The notes below the pieces were generated by a model. The model did no database searches. It was not told the origin of the DNA and saw only the letters and a program-made list of their open reading frames with translations. The position numbers were made by a program, and so were the translations under genes. A stretch of 64,000 bases of DNA from Thermoplasmatales archaeon. Its GTDB lineage: Archaea > Thermoplasmatota > E2 > DHVEG-1. Below, in pieces: positions 9,754-20,500 of this stretch. How positions within the stretch are numbered: position 1 is the first letter of the stretch; each line of letters starts with the position of its first letter. The stretch covers positions 32,302-96,301 of the forward strand of contig DAOVGR010000050.1 of the NCBI GenBank assembly GCA_030672305.1, in the 5' to 3' direction.

Positions 9754-10473
9754 ATGAGCAATAAAAAATCTTCTGGAAATATTAAGGGATTTTTTTTAAT
9801 TTCAATTATTCTATTATTTGTTTTTTCACTTGGTTTTTTTCCATTAATATTTGCTTGGAAAACCCTACTAATTTTTATATCATTTAACCAACTATGGCAT
9901 TTTTTAATATTACCATTTTTTATCTATATTGGGATAATTATCACGATTTTCTTTCAAGTCTTAATCTCAGGTATTGTAATTCATGTTTTTAACATCAAAT
10001 ATAAACCCGGTTTATTCAAGTATTCAATAAATGATAAAATGGCTTTTAGATGGATAGTTGTATGTGCATTATACACTCCAATAAGAAAAATACTTGAGAT
10101 TTTCCCAATGGGAATAAAAAATACATACTATAGATTTCTAGGGATGAAACTTGGAGAAAATAGTCTTGTCGGGGGAGTAATTAAAGACCCATGTTTAACT
10201 GATATTGGAGATAATGTGACAATGGGAGAATATGCAATTATCTATGGACATATTCATAACTATGAAAAAGGAACAATTACAATGGATAGTGTTAAAATCG
10301 GAAACAACTGTATTATTGGAGCCGGGTCTATTATCATGCCTGGAGCAATCCTTGAAGATGATGTGAAGCTTGCTGCTGGGGCAGTTGTTACGAAAGGTCA
10401 GATTTTGAAAAAAGGAAAAACCTATGGTGGTATTCCCGCAAAAGAGATAAAAAAGAGAAAAAAGAAACAGTAG
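9754..10473 (+). CDS. Membrane-anchored hexapeptide-repeat (LbH) acyl/acetyltransferase
   Basis: 239 aa. Two N-terminal TM helices then a left-handed beta-helix hexapeptide repeat region (IGDNVTMGEYAIIYGHIH...IGNNCIIGAGSIIMPGAILEDDVKLAAGAVV). Confidence 0.65.
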   Translation: MSNKKSSGNIKGFFLISIILLFVFSLGFFPLIFAWKTLLIFISFNQLWHFLILPFFIYIGIIITIFFQVLISGIVIHVFNIKYKPGLFKYSINDKMAFRWIVVCALYTPIRKILEIFPMGIKNTYYRFLGMKLGENSLVGGVIKDPCLTDIGDNVTMGEYAIIYGHIHNYEKGTITMDSVKIGNNCIIGAGSIIMPGAILEDDVKLAAGAVVTKGQILKKGKTYGGIPAKEIKKRKKKQ

Positions 10474-10509
10474 TTAATCTCTTTATAGAATATATTTATA
10501 CATATTTTA

Positions 10510-11073
10510 ATGAAAAACCAAATTAGAAAACAGCTTATTGATAAAAGAAAAAATCTATCCTCAACAGAAGTTTTAGAAAAGAGCAGAATAATTAAAAATA
10601 AACTTTTTAATATGAAAGATTTCAAACATGCATCAACAATTCTATTTTACATATCTTACGAAAATGAAGTATATACCCATGAAATGATAAAAGAACAATT
10701 ACAAAACAAAAAAACTATTGTTGTTCCAATAGCTGATATTAAAAAGAGATGTTTAATTTTATCAAAATTAGAAAATTGGAATGACCTTGCTGTTGGTGCT
10801 TATAATATTCTTGAACCTAAAAAGGAAAGAATAATAGAAGTTAATATTGAAAGTATAGGTTTGATAATTATACCAGGTGTAGGATTTGACATAAAAGGTC
10901 GTCGTATAGGTCATGGAAAAGGTTACTATGATAATCTCTTAAATAATTCTAAAAGAGCATTGCATATTGGTTTATCATTTGAATTTCAAATTGTAAATCT
11001 TATTCCTACTGAAAATCATGACATACCAGTAGATAAAATTGTGACTGAAAAAAGAATAATAGACTGTAAATAA
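10510..11073 (+). CDS. 5-formyltetrahydrofolate cyclo-ligase (MTHFS family)
   Basis: 187 aa. Signature IIIPGVGFDIKGRRIGHGKGYYDNLL at the C-terminal third. Confidence 0.75.
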   Translation: MKNQIRKQLIDKRKNLSSTEVLEKSRIIKNKLFNMKDFKHASTILFYISYENEVYTHEMIKEQLQNKKTIVVPIADIKKRCLILSKLENWNDLAVGAYNILEPKKERIIEVNIESIGLIIIPGVGFDIKGRRIGHGKGYYDNLLNNSKRALHIGLSFEFQIVNLIPTENHDIPVDKIVTEKRIIDCK

Positions 11074-11075
11074 GT

Positions 11076-12221
11076 CTATGTAACAATATCTTTCAATTTA
11101 TCTAACTCTATAGCTTTTTTAATCTCTATTGCTATTCTTTCACCATAGCTAATTGAATCACCATATAGATAACCTGAATGTGGTGTAAATCGTGTTAGAG
11201 GACTACCTGGTATTCTCATGGAAACATCAAAAACAACCATTTCCTCCTTTCCTCTATCAGCAGCAATTGCACCCTGAAGTGCAAATGGGCCAATAATTCC
11301 AGGAGGGTTTTCTCTTTTTGTTACCTTAACAAATTTTTCACCAAGTGTAAAGATCTTTTCAATAATTGATTCCTTAGTTGTTGCTGCTATATGTCCGGTT
11401 TCAATGATTTTTGGTTTCAAATATTTAAGAACTTCAAGTTGTTCATTTGCGGGAAGTCTGATAAGCCCATCAAGATTTGTCTGTCTTCTTGTATCAGTTC
11501 CCATAATCTCAAGTTCGTCATTAATTATTGAGTAGAAATAATTGAAATTGATTTGAGCGCCAATTATATATTCTTCAATAACTGCTTTGTCTAGTGCATC
11601 TTTTGTTATCATCTTCTTTGTAATCAGTTCTTCTGATTTTTTCGTATAATCTTTATAATCAATAGCGTAAAAGAAAGCTCGTTCATATCCTCGAATCGCT
11701 TCACTTACTTTTACAATAACAAGTCTGTCAATTTCTTTTGGAGATTTTACTATTTTTGGATATCGAATGCCTGCTTTTTCTAGTAAATAATATTGGTTTT
11801 TTGGAACGTCTCGTTCCTCAAGTTTTAACATTCCTCTAGACCCAAAAATCGGAACCATGAAATTGTTCTCAATGTCTGTAAAATCAAAATACACCCAGAA
11901 ATATCTGTTATGGATAAAGATTGTATTTTTTGCTCTTAATTCTTTTTGAATTTCAGGTTTAGTAATATCTGCAAATTTATCAAGAAGAATTGTTTCATCA
12001 ATGCATCCACGACCGTCTTTTCTGGTTTTATAATACTTTGTATAAGTATTTTCACGACCTTTTTGGCAAACAGCTAGTGTGTTAAAACCATGCTTTTTAG
12101 CACCACGACAAACATCAAGACCGGAATGACCACCTAAAACACCAATTGTGATATTTGATTTATCAAATGAATCTGCTAGCTTTTGAATATCTTTTCTTTC
12201 AATCATAATTAAGGCCTCCAC
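11076..12221 (-). CDS. purP: 5-formaminoimidazole-4-carboxamide ribonucleotide synthetase (archaeal PurP, ATP-grasp)
   Basis: 381 aa. Archaeal-specific PurP architecture and conserved blocks (ITIGVLGGHSGLDVCRGAK, GPFALQGAI). Confidence 0.8.
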   Translation of the reverse strand: MEALIMIERKDIQKLADSFDKSNITIGVLGGHSGLDVCRGAKKHGFNTLAVCQKGRENTYTKYYKTRKDGRGCIDETILLDKFADITKPEIQKELRAKNTIFIHNRYFWVYFDFTDIENNFMVPIFGSRGMLKLEERDVPKNQYYLLEKAGIRYPKIVKSPKEIDRLVIVKVSEAIRGYERAFFYAIDYKDYTKKSEELITKKMITKDALDKAVIEEYIIGAQINFNYFYSIINDELEIMGTDTRRQTNLDGLIRLPANEQLEVLKYLKPKIIETGHIAATTKESIIEKIFTLGEKFVKVTKRENPPGIIGPFALQGAIAADRGKEEMVVFDVSMRIPGSPLTRFTPHSGYLYGDSISYGERIAIEIKKAIELDKLKDIVT

Positions 12222-12231
12222 AAATATGTAA

Positions 12232-14109
12232 CTAATATTTGAACTTTGGTCTTATAGATAATTGAACTGGAAGCGGAATTCTTTGCTGGGGAAAACCGGA
12301 TGTGATTTCTTTGATTATATTATAGAGTTCATCTAACGTGTAAGCACGGTTTTCCTCACCAATTTCTTTAGTTCTAAAACGTGGTGTAAATGTTTTACTT
12401 TTACTTTCTTTTTCGCCAACAACAACTATTACAGGGATCCATTCTTTTTCTGCATCACGAATCTTACGACTAACACTTTGTTCACGATCGTCAATATCAG
12501 CTCTAACGTGAACATATTGTGATTCTTTATTAAAATCTTCAATGAAATTTTCACAAATTTTAATATAATCACTTTTAACAGGTATAAAACGGATTTGAGT
12601 AGGTGAAAGCCATACCGGTAGCATAGGTTTTTGACCTTTGCTAATTTTAATTGCCTCTTTTTCTAGCAAAGCATAAATTACTCTTTCAATAGCACCAGAA
12701 GGGCTACAATGAAGAATTAAGGGATGTTTTGGTTTTCCATCTTTATCTGTAAAATTAATATCATATCTTTCACCATTTTCTATATCAATTTGATCAGTGC
12801 TTAATGCTGATGCTTTTTCTGACATATCTACAAAATTGAATTCAAATTTTAAAATAAAGTAAAATATCCTTTCATCCCACAATTCTATTAAAATTGGTTT
12901 TCCATATTTCTTTACAAGATCTATTATGAAATCCTTATTTTTTTCATAAAAATCTTTTGTTGTTCTTAAGGCCATTTCTATATCAGCAGTATCTATTCCA
13001 ATATTGTTTAAAACACTAAGACTTAAATCAAATCTTATTTTGAACTCATTCATGGCCATATCTAAATCAGATGTAAAAGCATGAACATCAGGCATTGTAA
13101 AAGCTCTAAGTCTTCTTAAGCCTGTAAGCTCTCCAGATTGTTCTCTTCTAAAAGAGTACTTTGTTAATTCATAGATTTTCAGTGGTAAATCCTTGTAGCT
13201 AATAGTTGCATCATGTGCCATCAGAAATTGCCCAAAACAGGCAGCAAATCTCAAGAAAAAATTTCTCTTATCACTTTCAACCTGATATTGTCTAGCAGGA
13301 AATCTCTGTAAATATTTTGAAAGTGTAGGATGATCCATATCATACATAATTGGTGTTTCTACTTCTAAACCACCATATTCAACTACTCTTTGGGTTACGT
13401 ACTCCTCTATTAATTTTTTTATAAATCTGCCCTTTGGATAAAATCTCATGTTTCCTCCATCAGAGGCAGGTTCATAATCTGCAATTTCTAATTTTTGCAT
13501 TAATTTGACATGAGGTGGTTCTTGTTTTACGGCTCTTGATTTTTCCTTTTCATAAAATGAAAATTTCTTTAAATTTTCATGTTCTGTGAAATTAAATTCT
13601 CCAACATCATTTAGTTTACCATCCTCTGTCAATATATACCAATAAGAACTAAGTTTTCTTTCCTTTTTTAATGACTCTACTTCCGTTCCACCTGGAATAA
13701 TTTCTCTAGATAGTTCAGATAAAGGATGACCTTTACAAGAAATTTTAAAAGCTTTATACCAACCAAATGGGGAACGTTTTACATTGAAGTTTTTGTTTTT
13801 TAACTCATATTCAATTTCAATTAAAATTTCCTGGGCCTTTTTAGGGCTTGCAAGATCTGGAGAAAGATGAGCATAGGGGTATAGCATAATGTTTTTTACT
13901 TTAAGTTGCTCAGCTGTCTTTTCTATTTCAGCAGTTGCATCCAGTACTGCTTGTCTAGGTGACTTTTCATCTACTTTTTCAACAGCAGTAAAAGCAGTTA
14001 AAGCCTCTTCAAGTCTATCCTTTTTTTTATCTGTCTCTTCAGGTTTTTTTATTGCTTTATCCTTCACTTCGTATTCGATATAATCGCTATGAATAAGTAA
14101 CAGCTTCAT
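12232..14109 (-). CDS. thrS: Threonyl-tRNA synthetase, archaeal type with N-terminal editing domain
   Basis: 625 aa. Archaeal ThrRS N-terminal editing domain (MKLLLIHSDYIEYEV), class II aaRS core and C-terminal anticodon-binding domain. Confidence 0.9.
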   Translation of the reverse strand: MKLLLIHSDYIEYEVKDKAIKKPEETDKKKDRLEEALTAFTAVEKVDEKSPRQAVLDATAEIEKTAEQLKVKNIMLYPYAHLSPDLASPKKAQEILIEIEYELKNKNFNVKRSPFGWYKAFKISCKGHPLSELSREIIPGGTEVESLKKERKLSSYWYILTEDGKLNDVGEFNFTEHENLKKFSFYEKEKSRAVKQEPPHVKLMQKLEIADYEPASDGGNMRFYPKGRFIKKLIEEYVTQRVVEYGGLEVETPIMYDMDHPTLSKYLQRFPARQYQVESDKRNFFLRFAACFGQFLMAHDATISYKDLPLKIYELTKYSFRREQSGELTGLRRLRAFTMPDVHAFTSDLDMAMNEFKIRFDLSLSVLNNIGIDTADIEMALRTTKDFYEKNKDFIIDLVKKYGKPILIELWDERIFYFILKFEFNFVDMSEKASALSTDQIDIENGERYDINFTDKDGKPKHPLILHCSPSGAIERVIYALLEKEAIKISKGQKPMLPVWLSPTQIRFIPVKSDYIKICENFIEDFNKESQYVHVRADIDDREQSVSRKIRDAEKEWIPVIVVVGEKESKSKTFTPRFRTKEIGEENRAYTLDELYNIIKEITSGFPQQRIPLPVQLSIRPKFKY

Positions 14110-14383
14110 TGAATCAGACTCTGTAAAACAAGTAAATGTTCTTAAAGATAGTGATTAGAATAAAAATTAAATGGGGGAGGCGGCGGAGGTGTTAAACACC
14201 GCTTTTTAAAAAACTATATTGTTATTACTTGCAATCCCATCTCTCCGCCTGAATGTTTGAATGTATTAAACAATATAATAACATTTCGGAATAAACTCTA
14301 AAAAAATCTCTCCATATAAATAAGGAGTAAAAAAGGAAAATGTTTGAAAAATAAAAGTCTATCTCTTTAAAAAAATATGGATA

Positions 14384-14764
14384 TTATATCATTCTTTTGT
14401 ATGCTTCTGCATCAAGGAGTGTATTAAATTCCGATTCATCTATAATTTCTATTTCTACAAGCCAACCCTCATCATAAGGGCTTTCATTAATAGTTTCTGG
14501 AGCATCTTCAAGGCTCTGGTTAATATTTGCAACTTTTCCAGAAACAGGTGAATAAATCTCGGTAACAGACTTTACCGATTCAACAACACAAAGTTCTTCA
14601 CCTTTTTTAACTTCTTTACCGACTTGTGGTAGTTCAACAAAAACAATATCTGTTAGCTCAGACTGTGCGTGGTCAGTTATTCCAACCTTTGCGATTTTAT
14701 CATCGATCTTTAACCATTCATGACTGTCTGTATATTTTAAATTGCTTCTTACTTCATCTCCCAT
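14384..14764 (-). CDS. gcvH: Glycine cleavage system H protein
   Basis: 126 aa. Lipoyl-lysine motif ESVKSV in the conserved context. Confidence 0.85.
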   Translation of the reverse strand: MGDEVRSNLKYTDSHEWLKIDDKIAKVGITDHAQSELTDIVFVELPQVGKEVKKGEELCVVESVKSVTEIYSPVSGKVANINQSLEDAPETINESPYDEGWLVEIEIIDESEFNTLLDAEAYKRMI

Positions 14765-14806
14765 GTTATCAATTTATGGTATCTTAAAAGGTAATAAAAA
14801 TATTTT

Positions 14807-15913
14807 CTAATTTTGCTGAGCCCAATCCTTTGGTACAATAGGCGGTTTAACAACTTTTGCTTTTACGGGTTTATCTCTAATAATGATTTCAAGAATGCTA
14901 TCTTTTACTCTAAAATCAGGATGAACATACCCCATTGCAATACCAACATTAAGACATGGCGATAATGTTCCACTTGTAACTATCCCTACTTTTTTACCTT
15001 CTTTTTTAATTTCACAGTTAGGTCTTGGTATTCCTTTTTCAATGCATATTAGATTTGTAAGTCTTTCATAATCTCCCTTTTCTTTTTGTTTTAAAATGGC
15101 CTCTTTTCCAATGAAGTTATGATCCCAGTTAATTGTCCAGGACATGATAGCTTCAAGAGGTGTCCTACCTCCTTTGAATTCATTTCCTGCTAAAATAAAA
15201 CTTTTTTCAAGTCTTAATGTGTCTCTTGCTCCAAGGCCAATTGGTTTAATCCCATATTCCTTTCCAGCATCCAGGATTTTCCGAAAAACTTCTTCAGCTA
15301 AATTTGTTGGTGTAATTTGCAATTCAAAGCCAAGTTCACCAGTGTATCCAGTATGTGAAACAATACAGTTTATACCTCCAATATCCATGTATTGACAACC
15401 AAAAAAACCAACTGTTTTCAGATCTATGTCTGTTAGTTTTTGAAGTGCATCTCTAGATTTTGGACCTTGAATTGCTAAAATAACATAATCTTTTGAGACA
15501 TTTTCTGCTGTTGCACAAATTTTGTATTCCTCTGCCTTTTTATTAAGCCATTTAGTAACAGTTTCAGCCATACCTGCGTTTGGGATAATCATGTGTTTGT
15601 TCCCAAGATGCATAAAAATAGTGTCATCAATTACAGTCCCGTCTTCCCTAAGAACAGCAGTGTATTGACTCATGCAATCCCCAATTTTTGAAGCGTCTTC
15701 TACTGTTGTTAGACTGATAAGGTCTTCAGCATCATCGCCAGTAATCCATACATTACTCATATGGGAAACATCAAAAAGACCAACTGATTTTCTAACTGTA
15801 AGATGTTCATCTTTTATTGAATTATATTGAATAGGCATCTCAAAGCCTGCAAATTCTGTAAAACGTGCTCCCAATTTTTTATGGAGTGAATGAATAGGAG
15901 ATTTTATCAACAT
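14807..15913 (-). CDS. gcvT: Glycine cleavage system aminomethyltransferase T protein
   Basis: 368 aa. GcvT fold blocks (GLFDVSHM, GYTGELGFE). Adjacent to gcvH. Confidence 0.85.
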   Translation of the reverse strand: MLIKSPIHSLHKKLGARFTEFAGFEMPIQYNSIKDEHLTVRKSVGLFDVSHMSNVWITGDDAEDLISLTTVEDASKIGDCMSQYTAVLREDGTVIDDTIFMHLGNKHMIIPNAGMAETVTKWLNKKAEEYKICATAENVSKDYVILAIQGPKSRDALQKLTDIDLKTVGFFGCQYMDIGGINCIVSHTGYTGELGFELQITPTNLAEEVFRKILDAGKEYGIKPIGLGARDTLRLEKSFILAGNEFKGGRTPLEAIMSWTINWDHNFIGKEAILKQKEKGDYERLTNLICIEKGIPRPNCEIKKEGKKVGIVTSGTLSPCLNVGIAMGYVHPDFRVKDSILEIIIRDKPVKAKVVKPPIVPKDWAQQN

Positions 15914-15996
15914 GGGTATCTTCCAGGTGAATGTAATAACTATAGTTTAAGGATTTCGACAAAACATTTATCATACTTACCATATAACGTACAAAA

Positions 15997-16656
15997 ATGA
16001 AATTAACGGAAATTCCTGGTGTTTTCAAAGATAAAAATAAAATATTTACTGAAAATCCTAAATCATGTAAAGGAATAAAGGTTTATAATGAGAGATTGGT
16101 TAAATATAAAGGAAAAGTATTTCGATCATGGAATCCCTATAGAAGTAAACTTGCAACAGCAATACTGAATGGTCTTTCAATAAAAATAAATCCTAATTCA
16201 AATGTTTTATATCTAGGGGCAGCAACAGGTACTACCGTTAGCCATATATCAGATATTTTGAAGGAGGGTCTAGTTTATTCAGTGGAAAGTTCACCACTTG
16301 CAGTTAAAAAATTAATTCAAGTATGTGAAAAAAGAAAAAATATAATTCCAATTTTAGAGGATGCAAATCATCCAGATCGCTATAGTTTAATTGTCCCCAT
16401 TGTTGATATTGTATATCAGGACATTTCCCAAAGAAATCAAGCAGAAATTTTTATTGAAAATATCAAAAGATATCTTAAGAAAAACGGATTTGGGATTATA
16501 ATGGTAAAAGCTAGAAGTATAGACGTTTCTTTAGAACCAAAAAAAGCATTTGATCTTGTTTGTTCAAAACTTGAAGGTAGTGGTTTTAAAATCCTAAATA
16601 AAATAAATTTAAATCCTTATGAAAAGGATCATGCTGCAATTATGATTTCCTTGTAA
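15997..16656 (+). CDS. flpA: Fibrillarin-like rRNA/tRNA 2-prime-O-methyltransferase
   Basis: 219 aa. Near-collinear match to archaeal fibrillarin (RSWNPYRSKLA...VLYLGAATGTTVSHISDI...IIPILEDANHP...VDIVYQDISQRNQAEI...KDHAAIMI). Confidence 0.9.
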   Translation: MKLTEIPGVFKDKNKIFTENPKSCKGIKVYNERLVKYKGKVFRSWNPYRSKLATAILNGLSIKINPNSNVLYLGAATGTTVSHISDILKEGLVYSVESSPLAVKKLIQVCEKRKNIIPILEDANHPDRYSLIVPIVDIVYQDISQRNQAEIFIENIKRYLKKNGFGIIMVKARSIDVSLEPKKAFDLVCSKLEGSGFKILNKINLNPYEKDHAAIMISL

Positions 16657-16703
16657 TTTAATCGAAATAATCTTTAGATTCTATTATATTAAGAGAACAA
16701 AAT

Positions 16704-17408
16704 ATGAAAAAACCAACAGTTAAAATAATTATTGGGCTTACAAAATTTTTTCTACCCTTTATTATTGGAATTTTAGGCATACTTTCGTTGTATTTAATTG
16801 TTGATGAGGAAAGTGTAGGTAAGCTATTATTTCTAATGTTTGCATATTTTTTTCCTCCATTAGGTAAAGAGTCTGTCATTCCTATCGGAATTAGTGGTGG
16901 AGAAATAACTATTCCATTTATTAATCAATATATTGTTGTTCCAGCAATAAATCCATTAATCATGGCCCTAACGATAGCATTCGTTGATATTGTTGTTGCC
17001 TTGTTTTTACTGTGGAATTATGATCTTGCTAAAAAGATTCCATTAATCGGGAAATTTATGATAAAAGTTGAAAATATTGGAAGAAGTTCTTCAGACAAAT
17101 ATGCCTGGGTAAAACCTCTGAGATTCATAGGTATAATTCTTTTTGTTATGGTTCCTTTTCAGGGTTCTGGAGGTCTTGTTGCATCTATTCTTGGTAGGTT
17201 ATTTGGTATGAAACCTTTGAATACCTTTTTTGCCATAACAACAGGAGCAATTATCGGAACAATACTCATTGCGTATTTCGCTGATGCAATACTATCAGTT
17301 CTTGTTAAAAACTTCTTAATTGGACTTTTAATCATCATAATTATTGTTGTGATTAGCATCATGGTTCTGATGTACAAAAAGAATAATAATTTTCTAAAAA
17401 ACCATTAA
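16704..17408 (+). CDS. Polytopic membrane protein of unknown function (possibly COG2426-like small exporter)
   Basis: 234 aa with about 6 predicted TM helices and conserved FPPLGKESVIPIG loop. Product assignment is weak. Confidence 0.45.
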   Translation: MKKPTVKIIIGLTKFFLPFIIGILGILSLYLIVDEESVGKLLFLMFAYFFPPLGKESVIPIGISGGEITIPFINQYIVVPAINPLIMALTIAFVDIVVALFLLWNYDLAKKIPLIGKFMIKVENIGRSSSDKYAWVKPLRFIGIILFVMVPFQGSGGLVASILGRLFGMKPLNTFFAITTGAIIGTILIAYFADAILSVLVKNFLIGLLIIIIIVVISIMVLMYKKNNNFLKNH

Positions 17409-17534
17409 ATACTATTTCTGATAAGAGTTGTACAATAATATCTATATAAGGATAATCAGAAGGATATTAATATAATAATATACTATAAATAAGGAAATCT
17501 TTAATGTAATTTATGTGGGAGGCTATTCAGCCAT

Positions 17535-20500
17535 ATGTCGAAAAGACTAATTGTGTACATTATTCTATCTATTATTCTATTATCTATATTTATTCCATAT
17601 AATTCCACAGCAGAAGAAGCACCGTGGTGGAATAAAAATTGGTCTTTCAGACAAGAAATTATAATTCCGATAGATACAAGTGATGAATATGCTAAATATC
17701 AACCAATCGATATCCATATAAGTTTCAATAATACATGTTGGGCAAAAAAAGAAGATGAACATTCAATAAGAGTAATCTATCAGTACGGAGAAAGATTAAT
17801 TGAACTTGAATCTCAGATATATGATTTAGAATTTGATAACACTGAGCATCTTAATTCATGCAATCTTGTTTTTCTTATACCTGCGCAGGCAAATGGCGAA
17901 GAGAAATACTTTGTCTATTATGATGATGAGGCGAAATCTGGACCAGATTACCAAAAACATGTTGAAATTGGCGAATCTTATTATCAATACGAACCTATCC
18001 AAGGTCTAGGATTTGAATCATCATATTATAAAATCACAGAGGGAGAGGAAATTATTTATGCAGTCAATAAAGAAGGAACAGTCTTAGGTGACAAAATATC
18101 ACAGCAGGTCACAAGATTAAAGAAAGGTGCAAAAGACATTTTACCACATAATAGCGATCAAATTGCATCATTTGATTTTAATTATTGGTGGTTTAAGGAT
18201 GGAGATTGGTGTAGTATAAGTACATCAGACCGGTTTATTTCAAAACAATTATTTGTAAATGGAAATCTAATGGTTAAATTTGGAATAGTCAGTGAATCTG
18301 AAAATGCGCTTCTCAGATCAACAGTAATTTATAAATATTATTACTGTCCAACTGAGGATAAACGATTATACACTCATGTAAAGCATGAGGTCATAGGTTA
18401 TCCTCTTCCACGAGGCGAAGAAATTGATGTAGCCTATATCATACTTTCTTGTGGCGGGATAAAGAGTAGTATCATTGATGAGTTGGACTTTGGTGAGATA
18501 CCTCCATATTTGCATTTTTATAGTGATGAAGAAAGAGTAAAGTCACATAATTTTGATCAATATCCTGATTATAGTAATTGGCAAGCAATAATACATAAAT
18601 CTGATGATTATGATCTTGGAAGTTCTCCTTGGATATCTGTTGACTATGGTGAAACAGGTAAAGCGCATGGAATAATCTTAGATTCTACCAACATCTTAAA
18701 ATCTGGTACAGATGAGCGTGATGGAATTGAGCTGCAATTATATGAAGCAAAACAAATTCAGTATCCAGGATTAGAAGGAAGTTTTGCCCAGTTATACATT
18801 ATGAGAAATGCTTTTGAACAAGGTGAACCACAAGATGAAATTATTCCTGAGAATTATGTTGTTGAGTTTAATGCAGAATATTTCACAACTGAGAATGGCG
18901 GTTATCCAGTTGTAGAAAAAGAATCAAGTATTTATCAAAAGTTAATTAGCTATCAACCTGAAAATGATGATGTAGTAGATGAAGAGGAGGACGCAGAAAA
19001 ATATAATTTAATTGTGTATCCACATCTACCGCGATCATTACTATTTAAATTTAGGCTCTCCGCTTTACTTCTTAAAGCACCACAGATCACTGCTGAACTA
19101 GTACATAATGAGGAATCAATTGGATATGGAAAACCACATAGAGTGCCTATCACAGAACAGGCTAAAATTGATTGGAAGAATATCTCATTTTTCCGGAAAA
19201 TGACTTTTACAAATATTCCTTCAGGAAAATATGTTGTTAAGATATGGCTGGAGAATGCAATATTTAGCGATGAACGGGAGTTCATAGGTTATAAAATTGT
19301 TGAATTAAACAAAGATGCTGAAGCCCGAATATTTTGTAAACATCAAGGAAAAATCAGTATATCTGTAATAAATCAAGATAAAAATGGAATTGAAAATGTA
19401 GAAATATTTCTGCTAGACGATGATACAATAATTTCAGAAGTTGAAAGTGACAATAATGGAAAAGCGGTATTAAAAGCTCCTTGCGGTCTTGGTAGCAAGT
19501 ATACTTTAAATACAACCTATAAAGGATTTTTTATAGATAAGCAAAATATTAGATTGGGAAGATTAAGACAATTTATACCAAAGAGAGTTTCATTAAGCTT
19601 TGACACTCATGATTTAATGATAAATGTTTTTGATTCAGAAGGGAAAGCCCCTGAATTTAGTGTAGATCTTAGTCTAACCAGTGATGAAATGCAGGTTCCT
19701 GTTGTAATAAAACCAAATTCTACAACTGATGGAACATATAATTTCAAAGCACTTTTTCCAGCCTATTATTTTTTAAAAATAAACTATGAATTATTTGAAA
19801 TTATGGAAAAAATAAATATACCTGATTTATCTCTATTTGAAATTAAATTATATGATTTGAAAGCTTTTATCAAAGATGATTGGAATTTGCCACCAGAGGC
19901 ACCATTAGATGTTTCTCTTACAAGTGAAGATTTTGAAAAAACTGTTGTGTTAAATGCAAAGAAATTATCTTCTGAAGAGTATCTGTTTTCAAATATTTAT
20001 CCAGGAAACTACACAATAAAAGTAAGTTACAAGTCTTATAAAAGAGAGGAATCTATTAAGATTCCCTATAGAGGGGATGGAGAAACACAAATTGTTTTTT
20101 CTGCATTATTTAATATTACAACTAAGGTTCTTAATGCTCGTGGAGATCCTTTGAAAGATTCAAAGGTTCTATTTACTAGAGGAGAAAAAGAAATTGAAGG
20201 AATTTCTAATGATGATGGAAATGTTTTATTTTCTATTCCTCCAGGAAGTTATAATAGTCAGATATACTCAAATGGAGAATTGATTGCTCAAAGAAGGGTT
20301 GATGTGTTTTATGATAAGGATTACTCAATTGTAACTACAAATGAGCCTATTATTCCTTTTATAGTAATTGCTTTAGCAATACTTTTTCTTGCTTTTGCTG
20401 TAGTTTTTGCATATAAAAAGAAAAATATTCTTCTTTTCTTGAAAATATTAGCTATTGTTCTTGCAGTAATTGCTATTGTTTCTCCTTGGTGGACAATGCA

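Noticed and set aside
13889-14083. Plus-strand ORF 13889-14083 inside thrS
   Set aside because: It is antisense to the N-terminal editing domain of ThrRS. Its Ser/Ala-rich low-complexity translation mirrors the coding strand.
14161-14262. G+C island considered as a possible tRNA
   Set aside because: No cloverleaf can be drawn. There is no acceptor/T-arm complementarity and no GTTC-like T-loop. Kept only as a possible small-RNA or structured-UTR candidate.
15144-15395. Plus-strand ORF inside gcvT
   Set aside because: Antisense to a conserved GcvT region. Spurious.
18953-19285. Minus-strand 110-aa ORF inside the large surface-protein gene
   Set aside because: Antisense overlap. Ser-rich low complexity with no features.
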